Source: a bacterium DOLZORAL124_64_63 | Lineage (GTDB): Bacteria; Krumholzibacteriota; Krumholzibacteriia; LZORAL124-64-63 | NCBI GenBank assembly: GCA_002747875.1 | Contig: PDQT01000295.1 | Span: forward strand, 1 to 52,981 | DNA length: 52,981 nucleotides | Direction of reading: 5' to 3' | In this document: positions 39,521 through 49,795 of the stretch, in pieces | Numbering within the stretch: position 1 is the first letter of the stretch | Layout: each line of letters begins with the position of its first letter | Translations under genes and position numbers: made by a program | The notes under the pieces: generated by a model | What the model was told of the DNA's origin: nothing | Seen by the model: the letters and a program-made list of their open reading frames with translations, nothing else | The model's database searches: none

Positions 39521-41890
39521 TTACTGGGCAGCCACTTCAGGGGCCAGGGGCTGAGGCCCGCGACCCAGTCGCTGCAGATAGGCGATCACGGCGGCCATCT
39601 TGCTGTCAGGCGCCACGTTCACGTCGTTGTTGGCCAGGTAGTCGGAAATCATCTTACCCTGGCTTTCAAACCGCTGGGTGGCCAGATCGAAATCTTCCTG
39701 GGTGTACGGGACACCCAGCTTGGCCAGGGTCTTCATCCGGGTCAGAGTGACCTGCGGATCCACCGTCTGAGTCTTGAAGTGCGTGTAGCCGGGCATGTTG
39801 GACGCGGGCGACGTGCTGCGCGGGTCCATCAGGTGCAGGTAGTGCCACAGGTTGTCGTACTTGCCGCCGACGCGGGCCAGGTCCAGGCCGGTGCGCTTGC
39901 TGCCCCACTGGAAGGGATGATCGTAGATCGATTCCTCCAGGCGGCTGTAATCGCCGTAGCGCAGGACTTCGTGCCGGAAGGGCCGGATCATCTGGGTGTG
40001 GCAGAGATAGCAGCCTTCGGACACGTACACGTCGCGTCCGGCCAGCTCCAGGGGGCTGTAGGGCTTCTGCAGCCACTTGGCGGTCTCCGCCAGGGCGGGG
40101 TTCTCGGCAATCATCTCGTCGGTGATTTCCGTGGGCACCTTCTCGCTGACGATCACGGTGGGGATGATTTCCACGGCGCCACCGATGAGGATGGCCAGCA
40201 GGGACAGGACGGTGAAGAGCAGGGCATGGCGCTCCACCAGTCCGTACCACTGGCCCCACTTGTGCTGGCTGGTGCCGTAGCTGATGATCGCGGCGATGAA
40301 GAGCACCAGCAGCGCGGCCAGGTAGATGGGGCTGACCATGTCGCCGGCCAGACCGAAGAGCAGGGCCAGGACCATGATGCCGACGATGAACATCATGGGC
40401 ATGCTGAACAGCAGGGCCCAGCCGCTGACGTTGTCACCGGCGGGGCGCCGGGCGGGCACCTGCACGCTGACGGTCTTGGGGCTGCCCTGCTTGGCGGTCA
40501 TGATCATGTTCACGACGCAGAACAGGGAACTCACGGCGTACAGGACGCCACCGAAGAGACGGGTCTGGTACATGGCCCGGCTGTTGGTCAGGCCTTCGAT
40601 GAAGTCGGGGTACTTGAGGAAGCCTTCGGCGTCCAGGGCGCGCCAGAACAGGCCCTGGCTGACGCCGCTGACCCACATGGAGACCACGTACATCAGGATG
40701 GCGATGGTGCCGACCCAGAAGTGGGCCTCGGCCAGGCGGGTGCTCCACAGCTTGGTGCCGTACAGCCGCGGCCACATCCAGTAAAGGATACCGAAGGTCA
40801 TGAAGCCGTTCCAGCCCAGGGCGCCGCCGTGCACGTGACCGATGATCCAGTCCGTGTAGTGGCCCAGGGCGCTGACGCTCTTGATGCTCAGCAGGGGGCC
40901 TTCGAAGGTGCTCATGCCGTAGAAGGTCACCGCCACGACGAAGAACTTGATGACGGGGTCGGTGCGCAGCTTGTCCCAGGCGCCGCGCAGGGTCAGCAGA
41001 CCGTTGAGCATGCCGCCCCAGCTGGGGGCCCACAGCATGACCGAGAAGATCATGCCCAGGGTCTGGGCCCAGTCGGGCAGGGCCGTGTACAGCAGGTGGT
41101 GGGGTCCGGCCCAGATGTACAGGAAGATCAGGGACCAGAAGTGGACCACCGACAGGCGGTACGAGTAGACGGGGCGCTCGGCCGCCTTGACCATGAAGTA
41201 GTACATCAGGCCCAGCGGCGGCGTGGTCAGGAAGAAGGCCACCGCGTTGTGCCCGTACCACCATTGCACCAACGCGTCCTGTACACCGCCGAATATCGGG
41301 TAGCTGTGCGTCAGGCTGGTGGGGATCTGCAGGTTGTTCACGATGTACAGCACCGCGATGGTCACGATGGTGCTGATGTAGAACCAGATGGCCACGTACA
41401 TGTTCTTTTCATTACGGATGGCCAGGGTCCAGAAGAAGTTGATGGCGAAGATCACCCAGACGATGACGACCAGTACGTCGATGGGCCAGATCAGCTCCGC
41501 GTATTCCTTGCTTTGGGTCAGTCCCAGGGGGTAGGTGACGGCGGCGGCCACGATGACCAACTGCCAGCCCCAGAAATTGGCCCAACTAAGGAAATCGTTG
41601 GCCATGCGTACCTTGAGCAGGCGCTGTGTCGAGTAATAGATACCTGCGAACATGCCGTTGCCCACGAAGGCGAAGATGGCGGCGTTGGTATGGAGCTGAC
41701 GGAGTCGCCCGAAGCTCAGCCATTCCAACCCGAAATTGGCCTGCCAGAACGACAGCTGAGCGGCGACGAGGACACCGACCAGCAAGGCGACCACGCCCCA
41801 GACGATGGTGATGACCGAAAAGGCGCGTACGATAGAGTCGTCATACACTACCGTCTTCATTTGGGTGTTCGTTGCTTCCATGTGGAGCAC
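39521..41890 (-). CDS. ccoNO: fused cbb3-type cytochrome c oxidase subunits I + II (CcoN-CcoO)
   Basis: A heme-copper oxidase core with 12+ TM segments (HFWSLIFLYIWAGPHH, HYTDWIIGHVHGGALGWNG), then a CcoO part with the heme-c site CYLCHTQMIRPF and DLARVGGKY. Confidence 0.85.
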   Translation of the reverse strand: MLHMEATNTQMKTVVYDDSIVRAFSVITIVWGVVALLVGVLVAAQLSFWQANFGLEWLSFGRLRQLHTNAAIFAFVGNGMFAGIYYSTQRLLKVRMANDFLSWANFWGWQLVIVAAAVTYPLGLTQSKEYAELIWPIDVLVVIVWVIFAINFFWTLAIRNEKNMYVAIWFYISTIVTIAVLYIVNNLQIPTSLTHSYPIFGGVQDALVQWWYGHNAVAFFLTTPPLGLMYYFMVKAAERPVYSYRLSVVHFWSLIFLYIWAGPHHLLYTALPDWAQTLGMIFSVMLWAPSWGGMLNGLLTLRGAWDKLRTDPVIKFFVVAVTFYGMSTFEGPLLSIKSVSALGHYTDWIIGHVHGGALGWNGFMTFGILYWMWPRLYGTKLWSTRLAEAHFWVGTIAILMYVVSMWVSGVSQGLFWRALDAEGFLKYPDFIEGLTNSRAMYQTRLFGGVLYAVSSLFCVVNMIMTAKQGSPKTVSVQVPARRPAGDNVSGWALLFSMPMMFIVGIMVLALLFGLAGDMVSPIYLAALLVLFIAAIISYGTSQHKWGQWYGLVERHALLFTVLSLLAILIGGAVEIIPTVIVSEKVPTEITDEMIAENPALAETAKWLQKPYSPLELAGRDVYVSEGCYLCHTQMIRPFRHEVLRYGDYSRLEESIYDHPFQWGSKRTGLDLARVGGKYDNLWHYLHLMDPRSTSPASNMPGYTHFKTQTVDPQVTLTRMKTLAKLGVPYTQEDFDLATQRFESQGKMISDYLANNDVNVAPDSKMAAVIAYLQRLGRGPQPLAPEVAAQ

Positions 41891-41963
41891 CTTCCTCCTT
41901 TACAACTTTTTTTCCCGACTACCCGTCAAGGACAAAACACGCGAACAGGCCCCAAAATAGGAC

Positions 41964-42185
41964 CTATTCGACGGATTGCCCCTGAGCATTAGAACCTATT
42001 TTGTCCGAATTGTCATCCTTCTTTTTGGTCTCTTGCTGTTCCTCTCCCGTGTCGTCCTCCAAAGGTAAAAGGCTCAAGCGTTCCCCGTGTTCGAAGTCGC
42101 CGTCGAACAGTCGGGTGAAGAAGAAAACCAGCCCCGCGACGACCAGGGTCAGACTGATGAAAACCAGGGCGATGATCACATCCAT
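41964..42185 (-). CDS. ccoS: cbb3 oxidase maturation protein CcoS/FixS
   Basis: MDVIIALVFISLTLVVAGLVFFFTRLFDGDFEHGE matches the CcoS pattern of one TM followed by an acidic tail. Overlaps the ccoI stop by 10 nt. Confidence 0.7.
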   Translation of the reverse strand: MDVIIALVFISLTLVVAGLVFFFTRLFDGDFEHGERLSLLPLEDDTGEEQQETKKKDDNSDKIGSNAQGQSVE

Positions 42186-44641
42186 GACAACCTCCGCGGG
42201 GCCAGGCGCACGGCCGTGAGGGAAACCACGGACACCGAACTCAGCGGCATCAGGATGGCGGCGATCACAGGGGTCACCAGGCCGAATAAACACAAGGTCA
42301 CAGCCAGTACATTATATAAGATGGCCAGCACCAGATTGTCGCGCACGACACGGCGCAGATGCCGGGCCGCCCGCAGAGAGCGCCGGATGGCGGCGATACC
42401 GTCACCCATGAAGTAGAAATCGGCCTTGCCGGGCAGAACCGGACGATCCACCGCGGGGGTGGCGGCGCAGAGGGCCGCCTCGAAGCTGGGGCTATCGTTC
42501 AGCCCGTCTCCCACCATCAGGGTGTCCCCTTGGTCCAGGGAGCGGACCATGCGGGCTTTCTGCTGGGGGTCCAGGCCCCCAACGGCCCGGTCCGGGGGCA
42601 GGCCCAGGTCCTGGGCGGCGGCATCCACCTTGGCCTGGGTGTCGCCGCTCAGCAGGTGAATCTCGTAGCCGTCTTTTTGCAGGGCGCGCAGCTCGCCGGC
42701 GGCGTCGGCCTTCAGGTCCTCGCCCATGCCGAAGGTGGCGATGACCTGGCCGTCACGGGTGAAAGCCGTCTGCCGGCGGTCGTCGCCGGGGCCGGATACC
42801 TGGCCGCCCGAAGCGAAATCTGCCTTTCCCAGCCGCCAGACGCCGTCGGGCAGGGGCAGCTCCAGGCCGGCGCCGGGGATCTCGCTCAGGTCCTCGTTCA
42901 GGATGTCGGGCAGGTCGTCATCGTCCCGCCGCGGCATCTTTTCCAGGGCGGCGGCCAGACACTGGCTGACGGGATGGTTGCTACGTAGCGTCATGTGCCG
43001 CAGAACGGCGGCCTGATGTCCCGTCAGGCCGGCCAGGGCGCCGTGGCTGTCGGCATCCAGGGCCAGCCGGTCCATGGTCAGGGTGCCGGTCTTGTCCAGC
43101 AGGATCGTGCGCACGGACAAAGCCTTTTCCAGGAAACTGCTCTTGCGCAGGAAGACGCCGCCGCGGCGCAGGGCAAAGTGTACCAACTCCTCGGCCAAGG
43201 GCGTGGCCAGGCCCAGGGCGCAGGGACAGGTCACCACCAGGATGCTGACGGTTACCTTCAGGGCCATGTTGAGGTCACGGCCCGCCCACAGCCCGAAGCC
43301 CAGGGCGGCGCAGGCCAGCACCAGGGTGACATAACCGCTGCTGATCTTGTGCCACCAGCGGGGCCGGAATTCCTCGTCGCTGGTGGTGGTGCCGCCACGC
43401 AGCAGGTCCTGCAGATGGCTGTCCGCGAAATCCTCGATGGCGGTGACGCTGAAACCATGCCGGGTGCTGTTGAAGGCACCGGCGGGCACGGTGTCGCCGG
43501 GGGCGAAGCTGACCAGGTCCGACTCCCCGGTGATCCAGTCCAGGGCTACCTGCGTGCCGCGGCGCATGAGCACGCCCCGGACCGGCAGCAGGTCGCCGGG
43601 GGCGATCCACAGTTCGTCGTTCTTGAGGATCTCGGTGGCGGACACGGCATCGGGCTCGCCCGCCCGCAGGCGCTTGACGGTCAGGTTCTCGGCGCCGCTG
43701 CTGTCCAGCAGGGCGTTGCGGTTGCGCTCCAGGATATGTTCCTGGGCCCAGCGCCCCACCAGCATCAGGGCGATGAAGATGGTCAGGCTGTCGAAATAGG
43801 CGTCTTCCGGCCCGTGGGTCACGAAACCCCACACGCTGCCCGCGTAGGCCAGGGTCATGCCCAGGCTGATGGGCAGGTCCAGGTGCGCCACCCGGCGCTT
43901 GAGGCCCGCCAGGGCCCCCTTGTAGAACACCCCGCCGCCGGCGATGATGCTGACGGTGGCCAGCAGCAGGCTCAGCCAGCCGAAGAAGCCGTACAGATTG
44001 CTCTCCTCCGGGGCCAGCCCGAAGTAGTAGCAAAGGCTGAACATCATCACGTTCATGGCCATGCTGATGCTGATGGCCATGCGCATGAGCAGCCCGCGCG
44101 CGTGCTTGCGCGTCCCCTTGCGGCTGGGCCCCAGGCGGTAGCCGAATTTCTCAACCTCGGCCAGGAAATCCTTCAGATCCCCCTTTTCCGCGTCCCAGCT
44201 CAGATCCACCGTGCCCAGGGTGGGGTTCAGGCGTAGGGCGATGCCGGCGGGCCGTCGCTTGAACAGCTCCTCGATGAGCCACACGCAGGCGGCGCAGTGC
44301 ACGCCCTGGATATCCAGCCGCAGGTGCAGGATGCCGGGGACGGCGGTGGGGGAGGCGGCCTGTTCGGCCAGGAGGCGGTCCAGCCAGTTGAAGCTGTCGG
44401 CGCGCAGATGGGCCGCGGGGGCCACCGAATCGGGCTTCAGGTCGTAGTAGCGCTCCAGGTTTTCCTCGTGGATCATCCGGTACACGCTCAGGCAGCCGCG
44501 GCAGCAGAAAGGACCTTCGTCCCGGTTCCAGAACCGGCCCAAAGGGTTCCCGCAATGCACGCAAACGCCACGTTCAGCGGCGTCATGCCAAGCGGTTGGC
44601 CATTCAGGGGAGAATCGGCCGTCCAGGGTGCTCGAGGACAT
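42176..44641 (-). CDS. ccoI: heavy-metal (copper) translocating P1B-type ATPase CcoI/FixI
   Basis: N-terminal CVHCGNPL ... FCCRGCLSVY metal-binding module, CPCALGLATP, DKTGTLT and GDGLNDSP. Confidence 0.85.
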   Translation of the reverse strand: MSSSTLDGRFSPEWPTAWHDAAERGVCVHCGNPLGRFWNRDEGPFCCRGCLSVYRMIHEENLERYYDLKPDSVAPAAHLRADSFNWLDRLLAEQAASPTAVPGILHLRLDIQGVHCAACVWLIEELFKRRPAGIALRLNPTLGTVDLSWDAEKGDLKDFLAEVEKFGYRLGPSRKGTRKHARGLLMRMAISISMAMNVMMFSLCYYFGLAPEESNLYGFFGWLSLLLATVSIIAGGGVFYKGALAGLKRRVAHLDLPISLGMTLAYAGSVWGFVTHGPEDAYFDSLTIFIALMLVGRWAQEHILERNRNALLDSSGAENLTVKRLRAGEPDAVSATEILKNDELWIAPGDLLPVRGVLMRRGTQVALDWITGESDLVSFAPGDTVPAGAFNSTRHGFSVTAIEDFADSHLQDLLRGGTTTSDEEFRPRWWHKISSGYVTLVLACAALGFGLWAGRDLNMALKVTVSILVVTCPCALGLATPLAEELVHFALRRGGVFLRKSSFLEKALSVRTILLDKTGTLTMDRLALDADSHGALAGLTGHQAAVLRHMTLRSNHPVSQCLAAALEKMPRRDDDDLPDILNEDLSEIPGAGLELPLPDGVWRLGKADFASGGQVSGPGDDRRQTAFTRDGQVIATFGMGEDLKADAAGELRALQKDGYEIHLLSGDTQAKVDAAAQDLGLPPDRAVGGLDPQQKARMVRSLDQGDTLMVGDGLNDSPSFEAALCAATPAVDRPVLPGKADFYFMGDGIAAIRRSLRAARHLRRVVRDNLVLAILYNVLAVTLCLFGLVTPVIAAILMPLSSVSVVSLTAVRLAPRRLSWM

Positions 44642-45051
44642 GCGATCTTTCCAGCCGCAGGGATCATGTCCGGGCCTGGGTCCGGCGGGACATCATGCGT
44701 GTGACTGAGTTAGGGAGGCGGACCTGCCACGCGCCGAACGGGCCCTTGAGCGGCGCGCGTGGACATGGGGTGTCCAACAGGAAAAATACTAGACCATAAA
44801 ACTCCGGAAGTCAAATTCCACGCGCGCGAGCAAATCGCAAAAGCTCCTGAAAATAAAAGGTTTAGTACTAAAATAGTCTTGTTTTGGGGACGCGGCTCCG
44901 CCGGAGATCGTCCAGGGCGGTCAGGGCCTTGCCGCGCTCCTCTTGGTTTTGGGGAAATTCGGGATTCCGGTAGGCTGGAAGAAAGGCAGGGTGTATCTTG
45001 CCGGGACGGCAGAATGGATCCATCCCCAGCCAAGGACATGACCTCATTACC

Positions 45052-46149
45052 ATGAAAAAAATACCCCAGCGGCTTCTGGCCGTTCTTGCTCTTCTGATCC
45101 TGGCCGGGAATCTCCGGGCCGCCGAACCGGACCGGGTACCCTGGTTGGAGGATGTGCCGTTTCCAGAGGTCGTCAGCCGGGCGCGCACGGAGCCGGCACG
45201 TCCCATCCTCATCGACTTCTACGCCCGGTGGTGCAAGCCGTGCAAGCTGCTGGACGTGATGGTCTACAACGAAGAAGAGGTCATCACCGAGTTGCGGGAC
45301 GTGCTGACCTTCAAGGTGGATATCGACAAACCCGAGTACGCCGATCTGAAGCGGAAATTCCATATCACCGTTCTGCCCACTTTGGTTTGGCTGGACGAGC
45401 ACGGGCGGGAGTTGGACCGTTTCACCGGCTACCAGAACAAGGACGAGTTCCTGGCCCTGGTGCGCTCCATCCGCCAGGACGGCGATATCCTGCATCAGCT
45501 AAGCGCTCGCCAGGCCCAGCGCCCCGAGGACCCCGGGTTGCTTTTCGAACTGGCGCGTCGCCACGCCGAGCGCGGGGATACGGTCCGGGCCCAGGTCCTG
45601 TACCGCCGGCTGATGGGGCTGCGTTTCCGGGGTGATAGCAAGGTGGTCACCGACGGCATGCTGGGGCTGGCCGCCATGGAGGAAAAGGCGGGCCGGCACG
45701 AGCAGGCCCGCGGTCTGGCCCGGCGGGCGGCGGCCATGTATTCGGCACCGGACAGCACGGCTCGGGCGGCTCTCATGGCGGTGGCGGAATTCCAGTACAG
45801 CCTGCGCGATACCGGGGGCGTGCTGGGTACGTACCGTGCCCTCATCGATCTGGACGAGACGGATCCCATGGCGCTGGCCGGCTACATGCGCGCCGCCACC
45901 CTGGCGGGCCGTGACCTGGAGCAGGCCACGCGCTACGGGCTGCGGGCCTCGGTGTACAGCAACCAAGACGCGCGGGTGATGGCGGACCTGGCCCGTTGTT
46001 ACGCGCGGCGAGATCTGTACCACAAGGCCCGGCGCTGGATGGACAAGGCCCTGCAGAAGGACCCGGACAACAGGGTGTACCAGGCGGAACGGGATGGCTT
46101 TGTGCGGGAGCTCGAGCAGCGGCCCTGGCAGAATCGGGGGCGTCGTTGA
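45052..46149 (+). CDS. secreted thioredoxin-fold protein (WCKPC) with a C-terminal TPR-like region
   Basis: Signal peptide MKKIPQRLLAVLALLILAGNLRA. ILIDFYARWCKPCKLLD active site, followed by helical repeats. Divergent from ccoI. Confidence 0.75.
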   Translation: MKKIPQRLLAVLALLILAGNLRAAEPDRVPWLEDVPFPEVVSRARTEPARPILIDFYARWCKPCKLLDVMVYNEEEVITELRDVLTFKVDIDKPEYADLKRKFHITVLPTLVWLDEHGRELDRFTGYQNKDEFLALVRSIRQDGDILHQLSARQAQRPEDPGLLFELARRHAERGDTVRAQVLYRRLMGLRFRGDSKVVTDGMLGLAAMEEKAGRHEQARGLARRAAAMYSAPDSTARAALMAVAEFQYSLRDTGGVLGTYRALIDLDETDPMALAGYMRAATLAGRDLEQATRYGLRASVYSNQDARVMADLARCYARRDLYHKARRWMDKALQKDPDNRVYQAERDGFVRELEQRPWQNRGRR

Positions 46150-46202
46150 CCGCTATGGGGCGGGCAACGGAAATGGCGCGTAAAATAGTCGCGTAAAATA
46201 AA

Positions 46203-46232
46203 GGGCCGGCCATCGTATAACGTGGCCGGCCC
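46203..46232. terminator. strong hairpin between convergent transcription units, possibly bidirectional
   Basis: gggccggcca-tcgtataacg-tggccggccc. An A-rich tract precedes it on the plus strand, which is a T-tract after it on the minus strand. No T-run follows on the plus strand. Confidence 0.45.
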
Positions 46233-46500
46233 AACGATCTGCCGGTGGGGGATTGGAGGGAGATACCGACAGGTCGCAAGTTGTGAGAGTTTCGGATCCG
46301 ATATGCTTCATCTCCGAGAGATGCTTCATCTCCGATCACTCATTGACTACATGATAAACAAAGTTATCGACAGAAACAACGCTTTTATTTCTGTTTTTTC
46401 GAAAAAAAGGCCCTTTGTTTTTGCCTAAAAGAATTTATAAATGCTTTTTGGTTTTAAAAAATCATCACAAAATAGGGATAATTGCAAATCGGCTCTGGAT

Positions 46501-46541
46501 GGCGGCCCGCGGGAAGGAGGTGCCCCTTCCCGCGGGCCGCC
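46501..46541 (-). terminator. 17-bp perfect hairpin immediately after the RND gene stop
   Basis: ggcggcccgcgggaagg-aggtgcc-ccttcccgcgggccgcc, 5 nt from the stop at 46547. The downstream U-tract on the minus strand is imperfect. Confidence 0.55.
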
Positions 46542-46546
46542 GGGAA

Positions 46547-49500
46547 TCAGCGCTTGTAAAGGTAGTAGGCCAGGGGGATGACCACGACCGTCAGGATGGT
46601 CGAGAGCAACGAGCCCATCATCAGGCTGATGGCCAGGCCCTGGAAAATGGGATCGAAGACCATCACGAAAGATCCCGTCACCACCGTGCCGGCGGTCAGG
46701 GCGATGGGCAGGAAGCGCACGGCCCCCGCCTCGATGACCGCATCCTGCAGATTCAAGCCGTCCTTGAGGCGCGCCTCGATGAAATCGATGAGCAGGACAC
46801 TGTTGCGGACCATGATACCCGCCAGGGCGATCACCCCGATCATGGACGTGGCCGTGAAGAAGGCTCCGAACATGAGGTGGCCGGGAATGATGCCGACCAG
46901 GGTCAGCGGTATGGGAATCATCATCAGCAGGGGCACCGTGAAGTTCTGGAACATGCCCACGATGAGCAGGTAGATGATCACCAGCACCACCGCGAAGCTG
47001 ATTCCCAGATCGCGGAACACCTCGTAGGTGATGTGCCACTCGCCGTCCCACTTCATGGCGTAGCGTTCTTCGGTCAGCGGCTGGGTGGTGGACATCTGCT
47101 GAATTTCCGTGCCGTCGGGCATGGTCAGTTCGGCGATCTTCTTCTTCATGTCCAGGATGGCGTAGACCGGGCTTTCCAGTTCGCCCGCCACGTCGGCCGT
47201 CACGTAGATCACCGATTTCAGATTGCGGCGGTGTCGGCTCTTGTGGTTCACGCCCTCTTCCACCTTGACCACATCGCTCAGGGGGATCAGGGACCCGGCG
47301 CGGCTGTAGATGTACAGGTCGCGGAGGCTCTCGGTGCTGCTGCGGTCGGCAATGGGCAGGCGCACGTTGATGGGCACCTGCTCGGCCGCCCTGTCCGTGT
47401 GGATGAAGCCGCCGTCGTGGCCGTTCAGGGCCACGCCCAGGGTCATGCTGACCTGCTGGGTGCTGACGCCGCGCACGGCCGCGCGATCGGTATCCACCAC
47501 GAAGTTGTAGCGCGTCATGTCATCCTCGACGTACCAGTCGATATCCACCACGCCGGGCGTGTTCTCGAAAACTTCCTTGATCTTGCGGGCGGCCTCGACG
47601 CGGCCTTCGAAGGTGGGGCCGTAGACCTCGGCCACCATGGTGCTCAGCACGGGCGGTCCGGGCGGTACCTCCACCACCTTGATGGCGGCGCCGTATTTGT
47701 CGCCCAGCTCCTTGATGGGGCCGCGCACGCGCTTGGCCAGGGCGTGGCTCTGGTCGTCGCGCTTGTCCTTGTCCACCAGGTTGACCTGAATGTCGGCCAC
47801 GTTGGGGCCCTGGCGCATCATGTAGTGGCGCACCAGCCCGCTGAAGTTCACGGGCGCGGCGGTGCCGGCGTAAATCTGGTAGTCCGTCACCTCGGGCTGG
47901 GTGCTGAGATAGTTGCCGATCTCGCGGGCCAGCTGGGTGGTGGTCTCCAGGGTCGTGCCTTCGGGGGTGTCGATGATGACCTGGAATTCGCTCTTGTTGT
48001 CGAAGGGCAGCATCTTGACCTGCACCGTGCGCGTGACGAACAGGAAGGTGGAGGCCACCGTCAGCAGGGCCACCACCAGCAGGGCCAGGATGCCCTTGGC
48101 GGGGGTTTCCACCAGGGGCCGCACCAGCCGGTTGTAGGTCTTGTAGATGGGGGTTTCGTGCAGCTTGTAACCGTCCACCCCGGTGCCGCCCATGCTGCCT
48201 TCTCCGTCCACGTCCTCACGGAAGTGCTGCTGGGGCTTGAGCAGGCGGATGGCCAGCCAGGGGCTGATGGTCAACGCCACCAGCAGGCTGAAGACCATGG
48301 CCAGGGACGCGCCGATGGGCATGGGCGCCATGTAGGGGCCCATGAGGCCGCGCACGAAGGCCATCGGCATCATCGAGGCGATGACCGTCAGGGTGGCCAG
48401 GATGGTGGGGTTGCCCACCTCCAGGATCGCTTCCAGGGCTGTTTTGAGAGTCTTGTTGCCCTTCATCTGGAAATGCCGGTGCATGTTCTCCACCACGATG
48501 ATGGTGGCGTCTATCACGATACCCGTCACCAGGATCAGGGCGAAAAGGGTCACGCGGTTCAGCGTGTAGCCCATGATGTAGTAGATGAACAGCGTCAGGC
48601 TGAAGGTGGTGGGGATGGACAGGAAGATGATGGTGGCCCCGCGCCAGCCCATGGCCAGGAAGACCACGACCACGGCCAGGAAAATGGCCAGGCCCAGGTT
48701 GGAGATCAGGTTCTGCGCCTTGTCCTTGGCCGTGGCGCCGTAGTTGCGGGTGACGGTCACGTTCACGTCGCCCGGGATCAGGGTGCCCTGGACCCGTTCC
48801 ACCTTGTCCAGCACGGCCTGGGACACGCGGGTGGCGTCGCTGCCGATGCGCTTGGCGATGGACAGGGTCACCGAGGGATACTCCTGGCCCACGCCGAACT
48901 CATCGCCGATACCCTTCTGCACGCCGGCCGGGCCGACACCCATGAAGGTGTAGCTGTCGATGTCGTCGGGGCCGTCGGTGATGGTGGCCACGTCCATCAG
49001 GCGCACGGGGCGCTCCATGAAGCTGCCGACCACAAGGTTGGCCACGTCCGTGGCCGAGCGCAGGAAGGCGCCCGTCTCCACGGTGAACTCCTGGTTGCCC
49101 GCCGCGAAGCCGCCGCTGGGCAGGCTCTGGTTCTGCATCTCCAGAGCGGGGATGATGCTCAAGGTGGTCAGGTTGAACGCCGCCATGCGCTGGGGATCCA
49201 ACTCCACGCGCACGCTGCGCGGCCGGCCGCCCATGACCTCGACCACGGACACGTCGGTGATGCCGGCCACCTCTTTCTTGACCTCGGCGGCCAGCTGGCG
49301 CAGGTCGTACCCTTCGTAGTCATCGCTCCAGAGGGTGAGGGTCATCATCGGCACGTCGTCGATGCTGCGCACCTTGATCAGGGGCGGGGTGATGCCCTGG
49401 GGCCAGATGTCCGCGTTGCCGAACATCTTGTTGTTCATGCGGGTGATGGCCTCTTCCATGTCCGTGCCCACCAGGAAGCGGGCCGTGCTGATGGCGAAGC

Positions 49501-49795
49501 TGGGGAAGCTGGAGCTGTAGACGTACTCCATGTCCTCGATTTCCCACATCTTCTGTTCCATGGGCCGGGTCACCAGGTTCTCCACCTCTTCGGGCGTGGC
49601 GCCGGGCAACATCACCATCACGTCGATCATGGGGACCACGATCTGGGGCTCTTCTTCGCGCGGCGTCAGGCTCAGGGCGAACAGGCCCAGCAGCAGGGTC
49701 GCGATGATGAGCAGCGGCGTGATCTTGGAGTTGATGAAGACCTGGGCCAGCCCGGTGGCTCCGCCGTAGCGGGGAATGTCGTTGCGATCGGCCAT
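46547..49795 (-). CDS. RND efflux transporter permease (AcrB/CzcA superfamily)
   Basis: 1082 aa with a 12-TM RND layout. FINSKITPLLIIATLLLGLFAL, TLFALILVTGIVIDATIIVVEN and VLLIDFIEARLKDG. Confidence 0.85.
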   Translation of the reverse strand: MADRNDIPRYGGATGLAQVFINSKITPLLIIATLLLGLFALSLTPREEEPQIVVPMIDVMVMLPGATPEEVENLVTRPMEQKMWEIEDMEYVYSSSFPSFAISTARFLVGTDMEEAITRMNNKMFGNADIWPQGITPPLIKVRSIDDVPMMTLTLWSDDYEGYDLRQLAAEVKKEVAGITDVSVVEVMGGRPRSVRVELDPQRMAAFNLTTLSIIPALEMQNQSLPSGGFAAGNQEFTVETGAFLRSATDVANLVVGSFMERPVRLMDVATITDGPDDIDSYTFMGVGPAGVQKGIGDEFGVGQEYPSVTLSIAKRIGSDATRVSQAVLDKVERVQGTLIPGDVNVTVTRNYGATAKDKAQNLISNLGLAIFLAVVVVFLAMGWRGATIIFLSIPTTFSLTLFIYYIMGYTLNRVTLFALILVTGIVIDATIIVVENMHRHFQMKGNKTLKTALEAILEVGNPTILATLTVIASMMPMAFVRGLMGPYMAPMPIGASLAMVFSLLVALTISPWLAIRLLKPQQHFREDVDGEGSMGGTGVDGYKLHETPIYKTYNRLVRPLVETPAKGILALLVVALLTVASTFLFVTRTVQVKMLPFDNKSEFQVIIDTPEGTTLETTTQLAREIGNYLSTQPEVTDYQIYAGTAAPVNFSGLVRHYMMRQGPNVADIQVNLVDKDKRDDQSHALAKRVRGPIKELGDKYGAAIKVVEVPPGPPVLSTMVAEVYGPTFEGRVEAARKIKEVFENTPGVVDIDWYVEDDMTRYNFVVDTDRAAVRGVSTQQVSMTLGVALNGHDGGFIHTDRAAEQVPINVRLPIADRSSTESLRDLYIYSRAGSLIPLSDVVKVEEGVNHKSRHRRNLKSVIYVTADVAGELESPVYAILDMKKKIAELTMPDGTEIQQMSTTQPLTEERYAMKWDGEWHITYEVFRDLGISFAVVLVIIYLLIVGMFQNFTVPLLMMIPIPLTLVGIIPGHLMFGAFFTATSMIGVIALAGIMVRNSVLLIDFIEARLKDGLNLQDAVIEAGAVRFLPIALTAGTVVTGSFVMVFDPIFQGLAISLMMGSLLSTILTVVVIPLAYYLYKR

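Noticed and set aside
39293-41992. 899-aa plus-strand ORF opposite ccoNO/ccoQ
   Set aside because: It is a shadow ORF; the minus frame encodes a textbook heme-copper oxidase.
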